Shown: positions 32,025 through 44,705 of the stretch, piece after piece
Position numbering within the stretch: position 1 is the first letter of the stretch
Layout: every line of letters begins with the position of its first letter
Assembly (NCBI GenBank): GCA_002269645.1
Contig: NIVC01000738.1
Coordinates: forward strand, 310,001 to 374,000
Origin: Macrostomum lignano
Lineage: Eukaryota
DNA: 64,000 nucleotides
Direction: 5' to 3'
Position numbers and translations under genes: made by a program
Notes under the pieces: model-generated
Told to the model about the DNA's origin: nothing
Seen by the model: the letters and a program-made list of their open reading frames with translations, nothing else
The model's database searches: none

Positions 32025-35000
32025 CTCGGCCACCAATTCCGCTGTGTCGTCCGCCTCATCAGCGTCAGCGGCATCCTCAGCGTCCAGCTCGGCAGCGCCG
32101 GGAGCTGCAATGTCTCCGGCTGGCCACCTCCAGGACAGCCAAGCTCAGCTGGCTCATCTCAGCGGCCGCCTGAACTTCGAAGACGGTCTGGACCTCGCCT
32201 GCCAGGCCTCTGATCTGCGCGTCGACCGCGAACTCGGCCAGGGCGTCTGCGGCGTCGTCTCCATGGCGACGCATCTGCCGACCGGCCGGCGCCTGGCCAT
32301 CAAGGCGATGCGGCTGCACCTGGCCGTCGGCGCGGACTGCAGCAGCGGGGAGGAGCGCCGGCGCGTCCTGAACGACCTGGAGGTGGCCGGAAAGTGCCGC
32401 GACTGCCCGCACATCGTGCAGTTCTACGGCGCCGTGCTGTGCCAGTCGGAGGTGTGGGTCTGCATGGAGCTCATGGCCACCTGTCTGGACCGTCTGCTGC
32501 GCTGCTGCGGCAACCGCGGCCTGTCCGAGCCCGTGCTGGGCAAGCTGGTGGTGCCGGTGCTGCGGGCGCTGCACTATCTCAAGGAGCGGCACAACCTCAT
32601 CCACCGCGATGTGAAGCCGTCCAATGTGCTGCTCAGCTGGCGGGGACAGGTGCGCTGCTAGTCTCAATAGTCTCATTCTCAATCCCAGCTCTCAGATTCT
32701 AAATCCCATCTCTCAGATTCTAAATCCCAGCTCTCAGATTCTAAATCCCAGCTCTCAGATTCTAAATCCCATCTCTCAGGTTCTAAATCCCAGCTCTCAG
32801 ATTCTAAATCCCAGCTCTCAGATTCTAAATCCCAGCTCTCAGATTCTAAATCCCATCTCTCAGATTCTAAATCCCAGCTCTCAGATTCTAAATCCCAGCT
32901 CTCAGATTCTAAATCCCATCTCTCAGGTTCTAAATCCCAGCTCTCAGATTCTAAATCCCAGCTCTCAGATTCTAAATCCCATCTCTCAGGTTCTAAATCC
33001 CAGCTCTCAGATTCTAAATCCCATCTCTCAGATTCTAAATCCCAGCTCTCAGATTCTAAATCCCATCTCTCAGGTTCTAAATCCCAGCTCTCAGATTCTA
33101 AATCCCAGCTCTCAGATTCTAAATCCCATCTCTCAGGTTCTAAATCCCAGCTCTCAGATTCTAAATCCCAGCTCTCAGATTCTAAATCCCATCTCTCAGA
33201 TTCTAAATCCCAGCTCTCAGATTCTAAATCCCAGCTCTCAGATTCTAAATCCCATCTCTCAGGTTCTAAATCCCAGCTCTCAGATTCTAAATCCCAGCTC
33301 TCAGATTCTAAATCCCATCTCTCAGGTTCTAAATCCCAGCTCTCAGATTCTAAATCCCATCTCTCAGATTCTAAATCCCAGCTCTCAGATTCTAAATCCC
33401 ATCTCTCAGGTTCTAAATCCCAGCTCTCAGATTCTAAATCCCAGCTCTCAGATTCTAAATCCCATCTCTCAGGTTCTAAATCCCAGCTCTCAGATTCTAA
33501 ATCCCATCTCTCAGATTCTAAATCCCAGCTCTCAGATTCTAAATCCCAGCTCTCATATTCTAAATCCCATCTCTTAGATTCTAAATCCCAGCTCTCAGAT
33601 AATAAATCCCAGCTCTCAGGTTCTAAATCCCATATTTTAGATCCTGAGTCTCAGATCCCAAATTAAAGCTGTCATTCTCTTGATTTTCAAAATCCTTGTC
33701 CACGTATACCAAATCCCAGTTCTGTTGTCTCTGCTCCCAGCAGCACGATATCAAGCAGACTAGAAATGCTCAGAGTTCAACTCCATCGCCTGCTAACCGC
33801 CTCCAGGTGAAGCTGTGCGACTTCGGCATCAGCGGCCAGCTGGTGAACTCGAAGGCGCACACCCGCACAGCCGGCTGCATCGCCTACTTGGCGCCCGAGC
33901 GCATCACCCTCAGCTCAGCCTACGACATCCGCTCCGACGTTTGGTCGCTTGGCGTGACCCTGGTGGAGCTGGCGACCGGCCGCCACCCGCTGGCTGGCTG
34001 CTCCTGCGAGATGGAGCTGCTGACCCGCATTGTGGACGACCCGCCGCCTCAGCTGCCCCGCCTGGCCGCCGGCTGCACTTTTAGCGACCACTTCCGCGAC
34101 TTTGTCACTAAGTGGTGCGTTCGAGACCGCCGGCTTAGGGGAGGGGAGGTGGCTCGGTAGGAGTGTCTGTTACAGTGGCTGGAAGTGTCTGTTACAGTGG
34201 CTGGGAGTGTCTGTTGCAGTGGCTGGGAGTGTCTGTTACAGTGGCTGGGAGTGTCTGTTGCAGTGGCTGGGAGTGTCTGTTACAGTGGCTGGAAGTGTCT
34301 GTTACAGTGGCTGGGAGTGTCTGTTGCAGTGGCTGGAAGTGTCTGTTACAGTGGCTGGGAGTGTCTGTTGCAGTGGCTGGGAGTGTCTGTTGCAGTGGCT
34401 GGGAGTGTCTGTTACAGTGGCTGGGAGTGTCTGTTGCAGTGGCTGGGAGTGTCTGTTGCAGTGGCTGGGAGTGTCTGTTGCAGTGGCTGGGAGTGTCTGT
34501 TACAGTGGCTGGGAGTGTCTGTTGCAGTGGCTGGGAGTGTCTGTTGCAGTGGCTGGGAGTGTCTGTTACAGTGGCTGGGAGTGTCTGTTGCAGTGGCTGG
34601 GAGTGTCTGTTGCAGTGGCTGGGAGTGTCTGTTGCAGTGGCTGGGAGTGTCTGTTGCAGTGGCTGGGAGTGTCTGTTACAGTGGCTGGGAGTGTCTGTTA
34701 CAGTGGCTGGGAGTGTCTGTTACAGTGGCTGGGAGTGTCTGTTACAGTGGCTGGGAGTGTCTGTTGCAGTGGCTGGGAGTGTCTGTTGCAGTGGCTGGGA
34801 GTGTCTGTTGCAGTGGCTGGGAGTGTCTGTTGCAGTGGCTGGGAGTGTCTGTTGCAGTGGCTGGGAGTGTCTGTTACAGTGGCTGGGAGTGTCTGTTGCA
34901 GTGGCTGGGAGTGTCTGTTGCAGTGGCTGGGAGTGTCTGTTACAGTGGCTGGGAGTGTCTGTTACAGTGGCTGGGAGTGTCTGTTACAGTGGCTGGGAGT

Positions 35001-36516
35001 GTCTGTTACAGTGGCTGGGAGTGTCTGTTACAGTGGCTGGGAGTGTCTGTTGCAGTGGCTGGGAGTGTCTGTTGCAGTGGCTGGGAGTGTCTGTTGCAGT
35101 GGCTGGGAGTGTCTGTTGCAGTGGCTGGGAGTGTCTGTTACAGTGGCTGGGAGTGTCTGTTACAGTGGCTGGGAGTGTCTGTTACAGTGGCTGGGAGTGT
35201 CTGTTACAGTGGCTGGGAGTGTCTGTTGCAGTGGCTGGGAGTGTCTGTTGCAGTGGCTGGGAGTGTCTGTTGCAGTGGCTGGGAGTGTCTGTTGCAGTGG
35301 CTGGGAGTGTCTGTTGCAGTGGCTGGGAGTGTCTGTTGCAGTGGCTGGGAGTGTCTGTTGCAGTGGCTGGGAGTGTCTGTTACACTAGTTTAGAGTGTGT
35401 TGTTACAGTAGCTGTAATGTAAGTTGTTTGCATTCTTGTATTTCAAGTCTAAGTCTTGTGGCGCAGACAATTGTGCGTGTATGACAGCAGTGTCTTCTAC
35501 TCACTACTTAATATTAGTAGCTTAATAGTGCATTACCATTGGGCATTAGCTCAGTTAGTATTGGGAGTATTGGGAGTTTACGAAATGCTCTCGTATTTTC
35601 CACGGAAAGTCCGCGGCATTTCTTGCGCATAAGAATAAAATGGTCCAATTCTCTCAGTCGCGTTAGCGGCCCCGGTGGCACAATCGGTTAGCGCGCCGTA
35701 CTTATAATGCGGAGGTTGTGAGTTCGATCCTCACCCGGGGCAGATAATTTTTTGTGATTTTTCACGGAAATCCCGCGGAACAGTCGAGGGTTTCCCTTGG
35801 ATTTATTTTCTTGCTGGAAATCCCACGGAAAAAAGAAAGCTGTGTGTCATGGCAATTTATTGTTTTTAATGCATTATAAATACAGTTTTGAGGGATCTGA
35901 GAGCCGTAGCCCAAGCAAGGCCAGCTGGTTAAATTTCGATTTAACGATGAAATCGTTTTCCAATCACGCTTGTCTCACTCGTACGAGACGTAGAAATAAA
36001 GCGCCAAAATAATTTCTATAAACGCAGCACGGAAATTTCTGTTTTATTGCATCCAAGGGAAAAACGGACCTGTTTTATTTTGCCGATATGTATCGAAAAT
36101 TACTTCATAAATAGGAAAAATACGTTGAATTTTTCATTCCTTTCTAAACGAATTTAACAGCAAGAAACTGCAAAAATAGTTGATGTGGTAGCGCAGAAAT
36201 ATTTAATTGCCAATCTGTGTTGAAAAGATCTTTATAGACTGACAAAATGCTCTTGTGTTTTTTCAGCTTGATGAAGGACGTCAACCTTAGACCCAAGTAT
36301 CAACGTCTGCTGTGCCACGACTTTGTCAAGTATCACGAGCAGACTCAGACGGATCTGTCCGAATGGCTGGCCGAGTTAATGAGCCGCTACCCCGAGCTCA
36401 ATGTGAACTCCATGGCCGCCGCCAGGCGCAGGAAGCTGTCCGCCGCATCGTCGCAGGGATCCAGCTCTGGCTACGGCTCCGCTGATACAAATTCGCCTTC
36501 ATCTCTGCAAAGCTGA
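32025..36516 (+). CDS. MAP2K7: MAP kinase kinase 7 (MKK7/hemipterous-like), 5' partial
   Basis: Exons 32025-32649, 33807-34114 and 36267-36516, phases consistent. Motifs: LGQGVCGVV, LAIKAM, CMELM, HRDVKPSN, CDFGISGQLVNSKAHTRTAGC (MKK7-type loop), RPKY..LL.H.F. Confidence 0.88.
32660..33650. repeat. 21-bp minisatellite in MAP2K7 intron
   Basis: Unit ctcagattctaaatcccagct. Confidence 0.95.
34160..35385. repeat. 22-bp minisatellite in MAP2K7 intron
   Basis: Unit gagtgtctgtt(a/g)cagtggctgg. Confidence 0.95.
35669..35742 (+). tRNA. trnI-UAU: tRNA-Ile(UAU), intronless, inside a MAP2K7 intron
   Basis: GCCCCGG/CCGGGGC acceptor stem, A box TGGCACAATCGG, anticodon arm CCGTA-CTTATAA-TGCGG, B box GTTCGATCC and a downstream oligo-T. 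Confidence 0.93.
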
Positions 36517-39500
36517 CGGCCGGGAGCCTCTCTGTGTCCGGCACCCGATCCAACGAATTTGCTTTGTCCTGTAGTACTTATTGTCAGTGTCGGGGTGCAC
36601 GAACGGATTTCGTTTTTATGTTATAGCAGGCAGGCTCTAAATTTCAGACTTTATTTGTTGCAGGGAGTCACTGAACCAGTTTTACAACTCCAGCCGCCTC
36701 TTACTGCGACGGCGCCGAATTCGTCATGCAGGACAATTTCGTCGAAATGTCACCTTTAACATGTTCGCTATTTTATTTTCCTCAGCTTTATACGCATTCT
36801 TCCTACTCACTATAGTAGAGTGTTGCAAATTTATCCTTATTTTTTGTGCAACGACAAAAATTTAGCTTGCATTATTACTGCACTGAAGAGTATTTACATG
36901 ATGAGGCAATTCTAGTCACCGAGTTTTTTACCGATTTTAGCAGCGAGGCCATGATTTTATGCGATGGGCAATCGCTGCACTGAATCTTATAATCACTGTG
37001 TGAAGTTTTGAGACTTTAATCTTTTTGCTGCTTCACCGCGTTACATGTTACAATTTTTCACCTTTTTTCTTTCTTCCTCTGCTTTTTGGCTTTCACTTTG
37101 CCTGCTCTGCTAGCGCAGCGGGCCAGTCATTATTAGCATAGAATTTGCCTTACCGCCCACATATGCTTCCCTGCTGGTGAATCCTGCAGCAGCTCTGCTT
37201 TTATTAAATCTATGCGCTTAGTCTCGGCTTGACCGTGAACCACTACCTGTAAAGTGGGTAATTAATGTGAAAGAATTATAAAATTGGAATTCGAGACTTC
37301 AACTTCACTTTAAATTTAAAATTTTCTTTTTTATTTTCTATTCTATTTCTATTTAGATAGACAGCTGTCTCACCTTGAAATTCTAAAAATGCAAATTACG
37401 CGGAAAATCCAGCTGCTTGATCTGATTAGTTAGACTCAAATTTTATCGCAAGTTTCGTCTGTTAACGCTCGAATACCTGCTCTTTTGCTATCTGTGAAAA
37501 ACAGACTGTCGACACCCTATTTAGGCCGGTGCCATAATACCTGTAGATAATAGATAGATAGATCTGGGGACAAACAGTGATTGACAGGTGCATATAGTAC
37601 TGGCACTTGGCGGAGCAGCTGAGCATTTGACAAATGCACAGAATCTTTTTGATAACTTTGAAGAATTGGCAATTTGCAATTTTATTTGGGTTGTTTTGCC
37701 ACTACCATTCTTTTAGTATAGCATGCACAGCAGCTGCATGTTACAATGTTGTATTTTATATTGCCGTCCTGTTATACTACATGATGGTCCTTGACTTGAA
37801 CAAGTCTCACTTGAACTGAGTTAATTGCACTTGAGATGGCTATTTCGCTATTTGACCGAATAAAATTATAAACTTTTCGAAAATTCGCCGGTTTTCGTCT
37901 TCTATGTACTACTAGTGCTGCTTCACAAGTATTTTTGCAGTAGAATGTCCAAGCACCAAGCCGCGCACCGAATGTCAGTTTAGACACCGTTCGGGCCAAA
38001 GCAAAGGCTTTTGTCCACTGTGCGCCAGTGCCGGAAGGGCAGCCCTCCAAGGCTCTTTCTCTACAATGATACCAGGGTTGCCAGCGTAGAGTAGCTACGT
38101 TTTTTCTAAGCGTTACTCCGCTCATACACGTCTTGAATACAGTGAGTAGTTGCATGTACATGTAATCTGTGCGGGAACAATCGGTAGAGCTAGCGCTATA
38201 GGTTTGGAATCGAGCGAGTGTAATTGCGCACAACTAGCTTATTGTACTGAATTTTTAATTGGCAGTGCAAAGAATTTGGCTGCGCCGCTACTTGAGCAAA
38301 GAATGAGTCCAGCTCAGGTAGCTGAGCTGGGCCAACCGCAGGCTCGAACATGCGACATCAAATAGAACAGCAACGTATGCAGGGCGGCCCGTGAACAATG
38401 GCGTGCAATGTACAGTGCAAACCTACACGTAAATACCACACTGTGACCGAAAATTCGAATGTATTATCGCTACGCTTGACTACTTGATTTTTAGTTTGTG
38501 AAATTTTGGTGGACTCGCATGTACTCTTAACTGTGTTACTCGTACTCGTTGCTAGTGTGTGTAGCTCCTGAATAATTGTGTCGGTGTGGAATTCGAGAAG
38601 TTTTCCATTTTGCAAGCCTGCTTACTGCATGCACTCTTGTTCGAAAATTCCATATAAATAAGAAATTTAGGAGGGACGTCGAGGACGTTGAGACTCAAGT
38701 GGTTTCATATTTTTTCTCTTAGTGCGTTTGCTTGGGTGCAGCATGGACTTTGCGTTTTATGAGAACTTTGCCCTGTCCATCTTGCATCCGGGTTGAGCCG
38801 AAACTTCAAAATACAGTCGTGCACATGAGCCTCAAGCCATGAGAATATTTGACTCGGACAAAGCAACAATTAAAGCACTTGCCCCTATTATTCACTTCGA
38901 ATCTAAATAAAGCATTGAAGTAAATGAATAATTTTCTGTTGTCAAGGTGTCCCCTTAAAATATTCGCACAGTTCAACGGTACGCACTGCTTCTCACCGCT
39001 CACTAGGGAGTCTGCGTTGAAAAAAGGGCCTACCTTAAATGACAGCTGCGGACCCGCTTTCAAAACCCCTGCAACATCAACGTGGTCCTCCAGAGGCCTG
39101 TGCAGGGGAGCAGCTTAACTCACGGAGAGAAGGATTGGGTGGGGTTAGCAGACGAGGGAGCTTTCCCGACCAACCAATGGCTTGAGTCATGCCTGTCTTA
39201 CTCCCCTAAAGGTTTTTTTCAGTAGCGTACACTTGAGTACGCAATACCAGTTTGAGGCAGGTGCTCAGCAAGATACCCTACCTCTGCTTAACTGAACTCT
39301 TCAGTAGAATACCCTACCTCTGCATTCCCCAGCTCTTCACCTACCAATCCCAACTATTGATTCTGCCCGGCCAGCCTTCCTTGCTATAACCAGGCATGAT
39401 GCACAGCTAAACACAGCCCACCCAGATGTCCATAACAGAAACTCCTACTATCTTTTCTGCTCTTATCCCAGCAGAACTTTTTGTCACATTCTCCCAAAAC

Positions 39501-39597
39501 AAGTCCGGTTCAGTCCCGTAGGTGAATTCCCGAGCTCTCGCCTCAGTCAGGCTAAGCTCAGGACAGAGCTATAGAGTCTCAGTTGGTGAAGCAGCCG

Positions 39598-41058
39598 ATG
39601 TGGCCTGTGCGAAGGCGGCCGATGGCGGGCTGGAGCCTGGCCTCCTCTATCAAGCTGCGCAGCAGGCTGAGCTGGTCGCTGCTGCTGGCTGCGCTGCTGT
39701 GTCTGTCCACGGTCACGTTTCTCAGCTGGATAAATGGGATCCGTCTGCTGCCGGAGCCGAGGCTCACCCTGGCAGAGGCGCGCGACATCGCCCTGAGCTA
39801 CCCGCTGCCTTCCCGGGATCGGGTAGAAGTAGTGAAGAAAATTCATCTCATGTACAAGGGATTTTTGTTGAACCTGCAGTTTAGGGAGCTGCTGATGTCG
39901 TGGCGGTGAGCACTCCTTCGGTTTATACTCGTACATCTCCTTCCTTAACTTCCTCTCTTTCCAGCTGTGATGGCCTGCCAATAAAAGGCCTCCAATGCAC
40001 CTGAAAAATACCTTCACTACAAATCGCCCATTAATTGAAACTTTCTCTCCCAAACAAGCTCTCAAAATCTGACCATTGTATAATAGATTCTGCGCATGTT
40101 TTGGTGAACCTTTTCATAATCACGTGCTCTATGTTCCAGAAAGGTGTACCCAGACTATCAAATGTACTTCTGGACGGACGCAGAGATCGACCTGCTGATC
40201 GAACGCGTCTACCCAGCCTGGCAGGACATGTACAAGCGACAGCTCTCCAACTACATGGAGCGATCGGATACTGCAAGAGCCTTCGTACTGGACGCCATGG
40301 GCGGGTGGTACGCCGACGTCGACACTGGTTGTCTGAGCCGCGCTGATGCGCTGGCGTCTACTCACGCTTTAATCTTGCCGCTCGAGCCCTACCTGCACGC
40401 AGTGAACAATTTCCGAATGCGTCGGCTAGTGAGCAACGCTATCATGTACAGCGCTCCGAAACACCCGTTCTGGATGTTCTACCTGCACCACCTGCGGCAG
40501 TCCTTGATCGGCTTGAAGCCCAGGGAGAGCACAATGCAGGCCACGTTGGTCACCGGGCCCGTGCAGCTCACCGAGGCTGCTCTGTTGTTTCAGCAGGTGC
40601 GCCATGATAGCCTTCGTCTGAGCTTTTTTGTTCCCGACTTGAAAAGACGGTGAAAGACGCAATGCCCAGCACGCACTCCGCAATTCACCCCGCAGGCTCA
40701 TAATAAATCGGGCTGTCCCGGGCTCTGGTGTCCCTACCTGGCGCCACCCGTTCAATTCTTGCCCATGTACGACAACAGTACGGAGGAAATGCTGCTGTCG
40801 TTTCGCCAGCTGTGCCGCAACCCCGACACCCTGCGGAGCGTCGAGTTTGCTGACGAGTGCCGCCGGTTCGAGCCGCACGGCTTCAGGAACTACCCGCTGG
40901 CCGCCTCTCAGTCTCACAGCTTCCATGCCTTTCGGCACCTGAACCAGCGCGCTAGGGACTCCGAGACTCTGGCCAACGTGACGCACTGGGGAATCAACTT
41001 GACAATCGGGTCGCAAATAGCCACTGATATTAAACTGCTCAGAGCTGGAACTGATTAG
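39598..41058 (+). CDS. GT32 (DXD sugar-binding, Och1/Sur1/A4GALT-like) type II membrane glycosyltransferase, 3 exons
   Basis: Exons 39598-39905, 40140-40596 and 40696-41058. N-terminal TM helix, then KKIHLMYK, SW..VYPDYQMYFWTD, RSDTAR..VL..MGGWYADVD, NAIM.S.PKHPFW, TGP. Confidence 0.85.
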
Positions 41059-41810
41059 CATAGGCTTCTGTCTGTGTCACCTACTGCGAATTGCTAGTCA
41101 AATGTTGCTTGAAGTTTCACATGTACATGTAGCAATATGGAAACAGAAATGCTAAAATCGATTGCACAAAATCAGCGAATTTTGTTAATACATACAACCC
41201 AAATTGCACTGACGCAGTGCCGATCAATAATACAGAGGGGCAAGTAAGTCGGTTGACTTAGCGGAAGTGTGATGGGGAGAGTTTTGCGAGAGAAGTGACG
41301 GCGATAAACTGTGGGTTGGCCAGTGAGGGATTTGGGTAGCGCCGTTAGGATACTCACAGCATGCCAAGAAGCTACATGTATGGGTTGCGTGTCGTGAAGC
41401 TGTCCTGTAGTCATGAGGCCTGACAGTCAACTGAATAGGGGTGTCTTACCGCCATTGTATTTACGTACTTCTATCCAGGGCAGGGCGGAGTGTGCGCCTA
41501 CTACGCACGTATCGAAGATGTGAATAATATGCTATATTTTTAGCATATCAGTCAGTCAGTTATTACGACTAGCTACTTAGTAAATTACGATTGTTGGCAT
41601 TGAGCAGGCTTCGATTGTGGGTGGGAAGATTGGAAAGTATTTTCTAAATTAGGGTCGTTCGGGAGGGTAAGAGTTTTCTGCTCTGAGCTCCTGCGCACAG
41701 GTAAACTGCCTGGAACACAATTTCAACAGTTAGCCTAAAGAACCGAACGCTTATTTTAACCCAAAAGTCAAAGTTTCTAGAAAACGGAAAGACAGAAGGC
41801 CCGTCTCCCA

Positions 41811-41884
41811 GCCCCGGTGGCACAATCGGTTAGCGCGCCGTACTTATAATGCGGAGGTTGTGAGTTCGATCCTCACTCGGGGCA
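41811..41884 (+). tRNA. trnI-UAU: tRNA-Ile(UAU), intronless, second copy
   Basis: Identical to 35669-35742 except one C>T in the 3' acceptor strand (G-U pair); oligo-T terminator follows. Confidence 0.92.
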
Positions 41885-42104
41885 ATATTTTTGTGCTGTC
41901 AGTTAGTTTCGTCAACTTCAATTCATTTTTATTTGATATTCTCTATTCAAAAGTAGCAAATTTCTTTTAGAGGCTAAAAATTGCTAGTTGGTATAGTTTT
42001 CATTCATAGACGAAGTATTGGTATTTTTGATTTTATCCATCTCAATTCTTTTGAGCTTGTTTCTTTCTGTAGCTTAGGAATGGGAGACCTGACTTACTTG
42101 ACTT

Positions 42105-43000
42105 AACTGCAGGGGGCATCGTCCGGCGGCTGCAGCATGGAAGCGGATTAGGCCGCTAAGACCTTGGCGACCAAAGACTTCCATGGAAGTGATGTCGCTT
42201 ACGTGGACCCGTCGGTCTCGTCTACAATGCGGTCTTCTTCACGGGTGGTGGGGAATAAATCAGCTCGTCTCGAGTCCGTGAGGTACCGGACAGGCAGCGG
42301 TATGCTCTCGGCCCGGAAAACATCGGAGTGGACCGGGTTTAGCCCGAGGTGAGTGAGCCTGGCTCTGGTGAAAACCGGCCAGTGGCACTCAGCGACTGAG
42401 CGACAAAAGTGGCTCTGCTCTTCAGGGACTCCTCGGGGAGGAAACGGTGGCGGAGAGGGAGAGGGCCAATGATCCGATGTCCCCGCGGTTGAGATGTCTA
42501 TGCAGGAGGGGAGAGGAGCAAAGGACGGCAGCACTGCAATCGCCTGAAATTCCAAGTGTCGTGCCACCTGCGGAGCGGTGCTCGGATTCTGCCCATGCTT
42601 GACGCGGGAGTTGATCACCAAGACGGGAATGGGCCCCTGGGCCCAGCCCTAGAAGCGCGCCGGAGGAGCGTCCTGAAGCCAGCAGGTCAGCGCACTCGTT
42701 GCCGAGGAAACCAACGTGGCCCGGGATTCATTTGAGCTCTACCGTTGCAGACCAGGACAGATTTGGTCTTGGAGCTGCTGGTGCTACGACAGAGGGCCCG
42801 AAAAGCTTCCTGGCTGTCGGAGAAAAAAAAGTTTCCGATCGCTGAGCTGCCTTCGGCGCAGCTCTGCCACTTAGGAGCTGATGGCAAGCACCTCGCTCTG
42901 AAGAACACTGAAGTTACGTCCCGTGCGCTGGGAATAGCTCCACACCGCTTCTCCTTTAATGAGAACACAAGCTCTGAAACTTAAAAGACCATGCTTCATT
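42105..43000 (-). mobile_element. Decayed 3' fragment of an RNase H-bearing non-LTR retrotransposon (I-group-like)
   Basis: FSDSQEAFRAL and VELK*IPGHVGFLGNECADLLA RNase H motifs, plus a short taagtc-type tail near 42100. Confidence 0.6.
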
Positions 43001-43077
43001 GAGTCGGCAGTTTAACAGTGGACTTGGAGCCGCTCCAGCTGTCACTAACCTCCACTGTCCAGGTGTCACTAGCCGCC

Positions 43078-43420
43078 TAGACTGGGAAGCTTCCGCTGCC
43101 GCCCTAGACTGGGAAGCTTCCGCTGCCGCCCTAGCCTGGGAAGCTTCCGCTGCCGCCCTAGACTGGGAAGCTTCCGCTGCCACCCTAGACTGGAAAGCTT
43201 CCGCTGCCGCCCTAGACTGGGAAGCTTCCCCTGCTGCACTAGACTGAAAAGCTTCCGCTGCCGCCCTAGACTGGGAAGCTTCCGCTGCCGCCCTAGACTG
43301 AAAAGCTTCCGCTGCCACCCTAGACTGGAAAGCTTCCGCTGCCGCCCTAGACTGGGAAGCTTCCCCTGCTGCACTAGACTGAAAAGCTTCCGCTGCCGCC
43401 CTAGCTGGGAAGCTTCCGCC
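43078..43420. repeat. 27-bp minisatellite
   Basis: Unit gactgggaagcttccgctgccgcccta. Confidence 0.93.
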
Positions 43421-43829
43421 GCCATGGGCCGTTGGCAGGCGTGAAGCATCGCAGACCTTAGCCCAAAGGCCTGGTCTGTCTCATACTTCACTGGCATGCT
43501 GAATACGCCTTCGCGTGCAGGCTGCGTCGCATAATGCTTTGTGCTATTTAAGAAACAGCTGAGCTGTACGAGGTTCTTATCAGATATGAGAGTAGCTGCA
43601 GACTGTCGTACTTGTACAATGCTTAAAATGGAAATCTACTGAGGCCACACTGCGTTAACATCATTGATTCTGGCTCGTAGAATTCCAGATTTACCTGTTA
43701 GTACAGCTGGGCTTAGGGCCTATCTTATACACAGGTTAGATAGTACCTAGTAACTCAACATGATTAATACGCACAAACATCAGTTTCTCCAGTATAGCCA
43801 GCCTAAACCCAAATCCTAAAGTCTTTCTG

Positions 43830-44705
43830 ATGGCTGGCGCAGAGCAGCTGAGTTTGCCGACAGTCGGGCAGGAGGAGGAGTTTGAGGACCGCCTGCATTT
43901 CCTCGCAAAGCACAGCGTCAAGTCGAAAAATCCGGCTGAGATTCAAGCTTTAATGTCGCATATTGTAAAGCAGCACAATATTTCCAGCATCAAGGAACTT
44001 CTTGTTCAGGAAAAGCAAGTACTAACTGATGCTGGGGAGAAAGTGATTCAGTTCCCAAGGAACAGCCTAATACTGCTTCTAAAGGTGGCCTTCGTTTACG
44101 ACACTCTACAGCAGCGCTGCGCCTCCCCGGCCTTGATTGAGGTTGCGGTGAAGCAGGTTGTCCTGCTCTACAGAAATTCAACGGAACTGCACGCTGCCGA
44201 CCTGCTGATGAAAATTGATCAGATTGTGCTCGAGGCGAGAAGGCAGAAGATTGACATCGGGAACTACGATTACAAAGAAGTGACGCTGAGGTCCCCCAAT
44301 GCTGCATGCAGGCCAGCTGCTGACAGCGGACTTGAGTCAATGCTGCACTACTCTGTGCTGTCCAACTCTGAGTTCGCGCAGCCCGGAAGCTCAGGCAGCG
44401 GTCAAGTCAGTCAGGTTCTTCTTGGCAACGATATCCAGGACCCCAACCAAGCTGCACCGTCCGCTCAGCCCCCGCCAACGCCGCAGATTCCTTCGTCTCG
44501 TCGAAACTCCACAGGAGGTAGTAGTGGCGGAGGAGGCGGGAATGGAAGTAGAAGGGGTGCCGGTGGCGGTGGTGGCGGTGATCGTGGTGGTGCAGAAAGT
44601 GCCACAGGTGGAAGGCGCGTCTCGCTCGACGTCAGCTTCCGGATCAAAGTTTCGATCAAGGAGGAAGCAGAGGCGGACGGAAGCGCCGACTGGACGCATC
44701 TGTGA
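43830..44705 (+). CDS. Hypothetical intronless protein, 291 aa (helical N-terminal domain plus Gly/Ser-rich tail)
   Basis: Long non-repetitive ATG ORF, homologous by eye to 45803-46501. Confidence 0.7.
   Translation: MAGAEQLSLPTVGQEEEFEDRLHFLAKHSVKSKNPAEIQALMSHIVKQHNISSIKELLVQEKQVLTDAGEKVIQFPRNSLILLLKVAFVYDTLQQRCASPALIEVAVKQVVLLYRNSTELHAADLLMKIDQIVLEARRQKIDIGNYDYKEVTLRSPNAACRPAADSGLESMLHYSVLSNSEFAQPGSSGSGQVSQVLLGNDIQDPNQAAPSAQPPPTPQIPSSRRNSTGGSSGGGGGNGSRRGAGGGGGGDRGGAESATGGRRVSLDVSFRIKVSIKEEAEADGSADWTHL

Noticed and set aside
32624-35422. Long repetitive ORFs (SQILNPS; GVSVAVAGSVCCSGWECLLQWL)
   Set aside because: They are translations of intronic minisatellites within MAP2K7.
42956-43497. 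AAAEASQSR-repeat ORF on the minus strand
   Set aside because: It is a 27-bp minisatellite with frame breaks and has no independent coding evidence.
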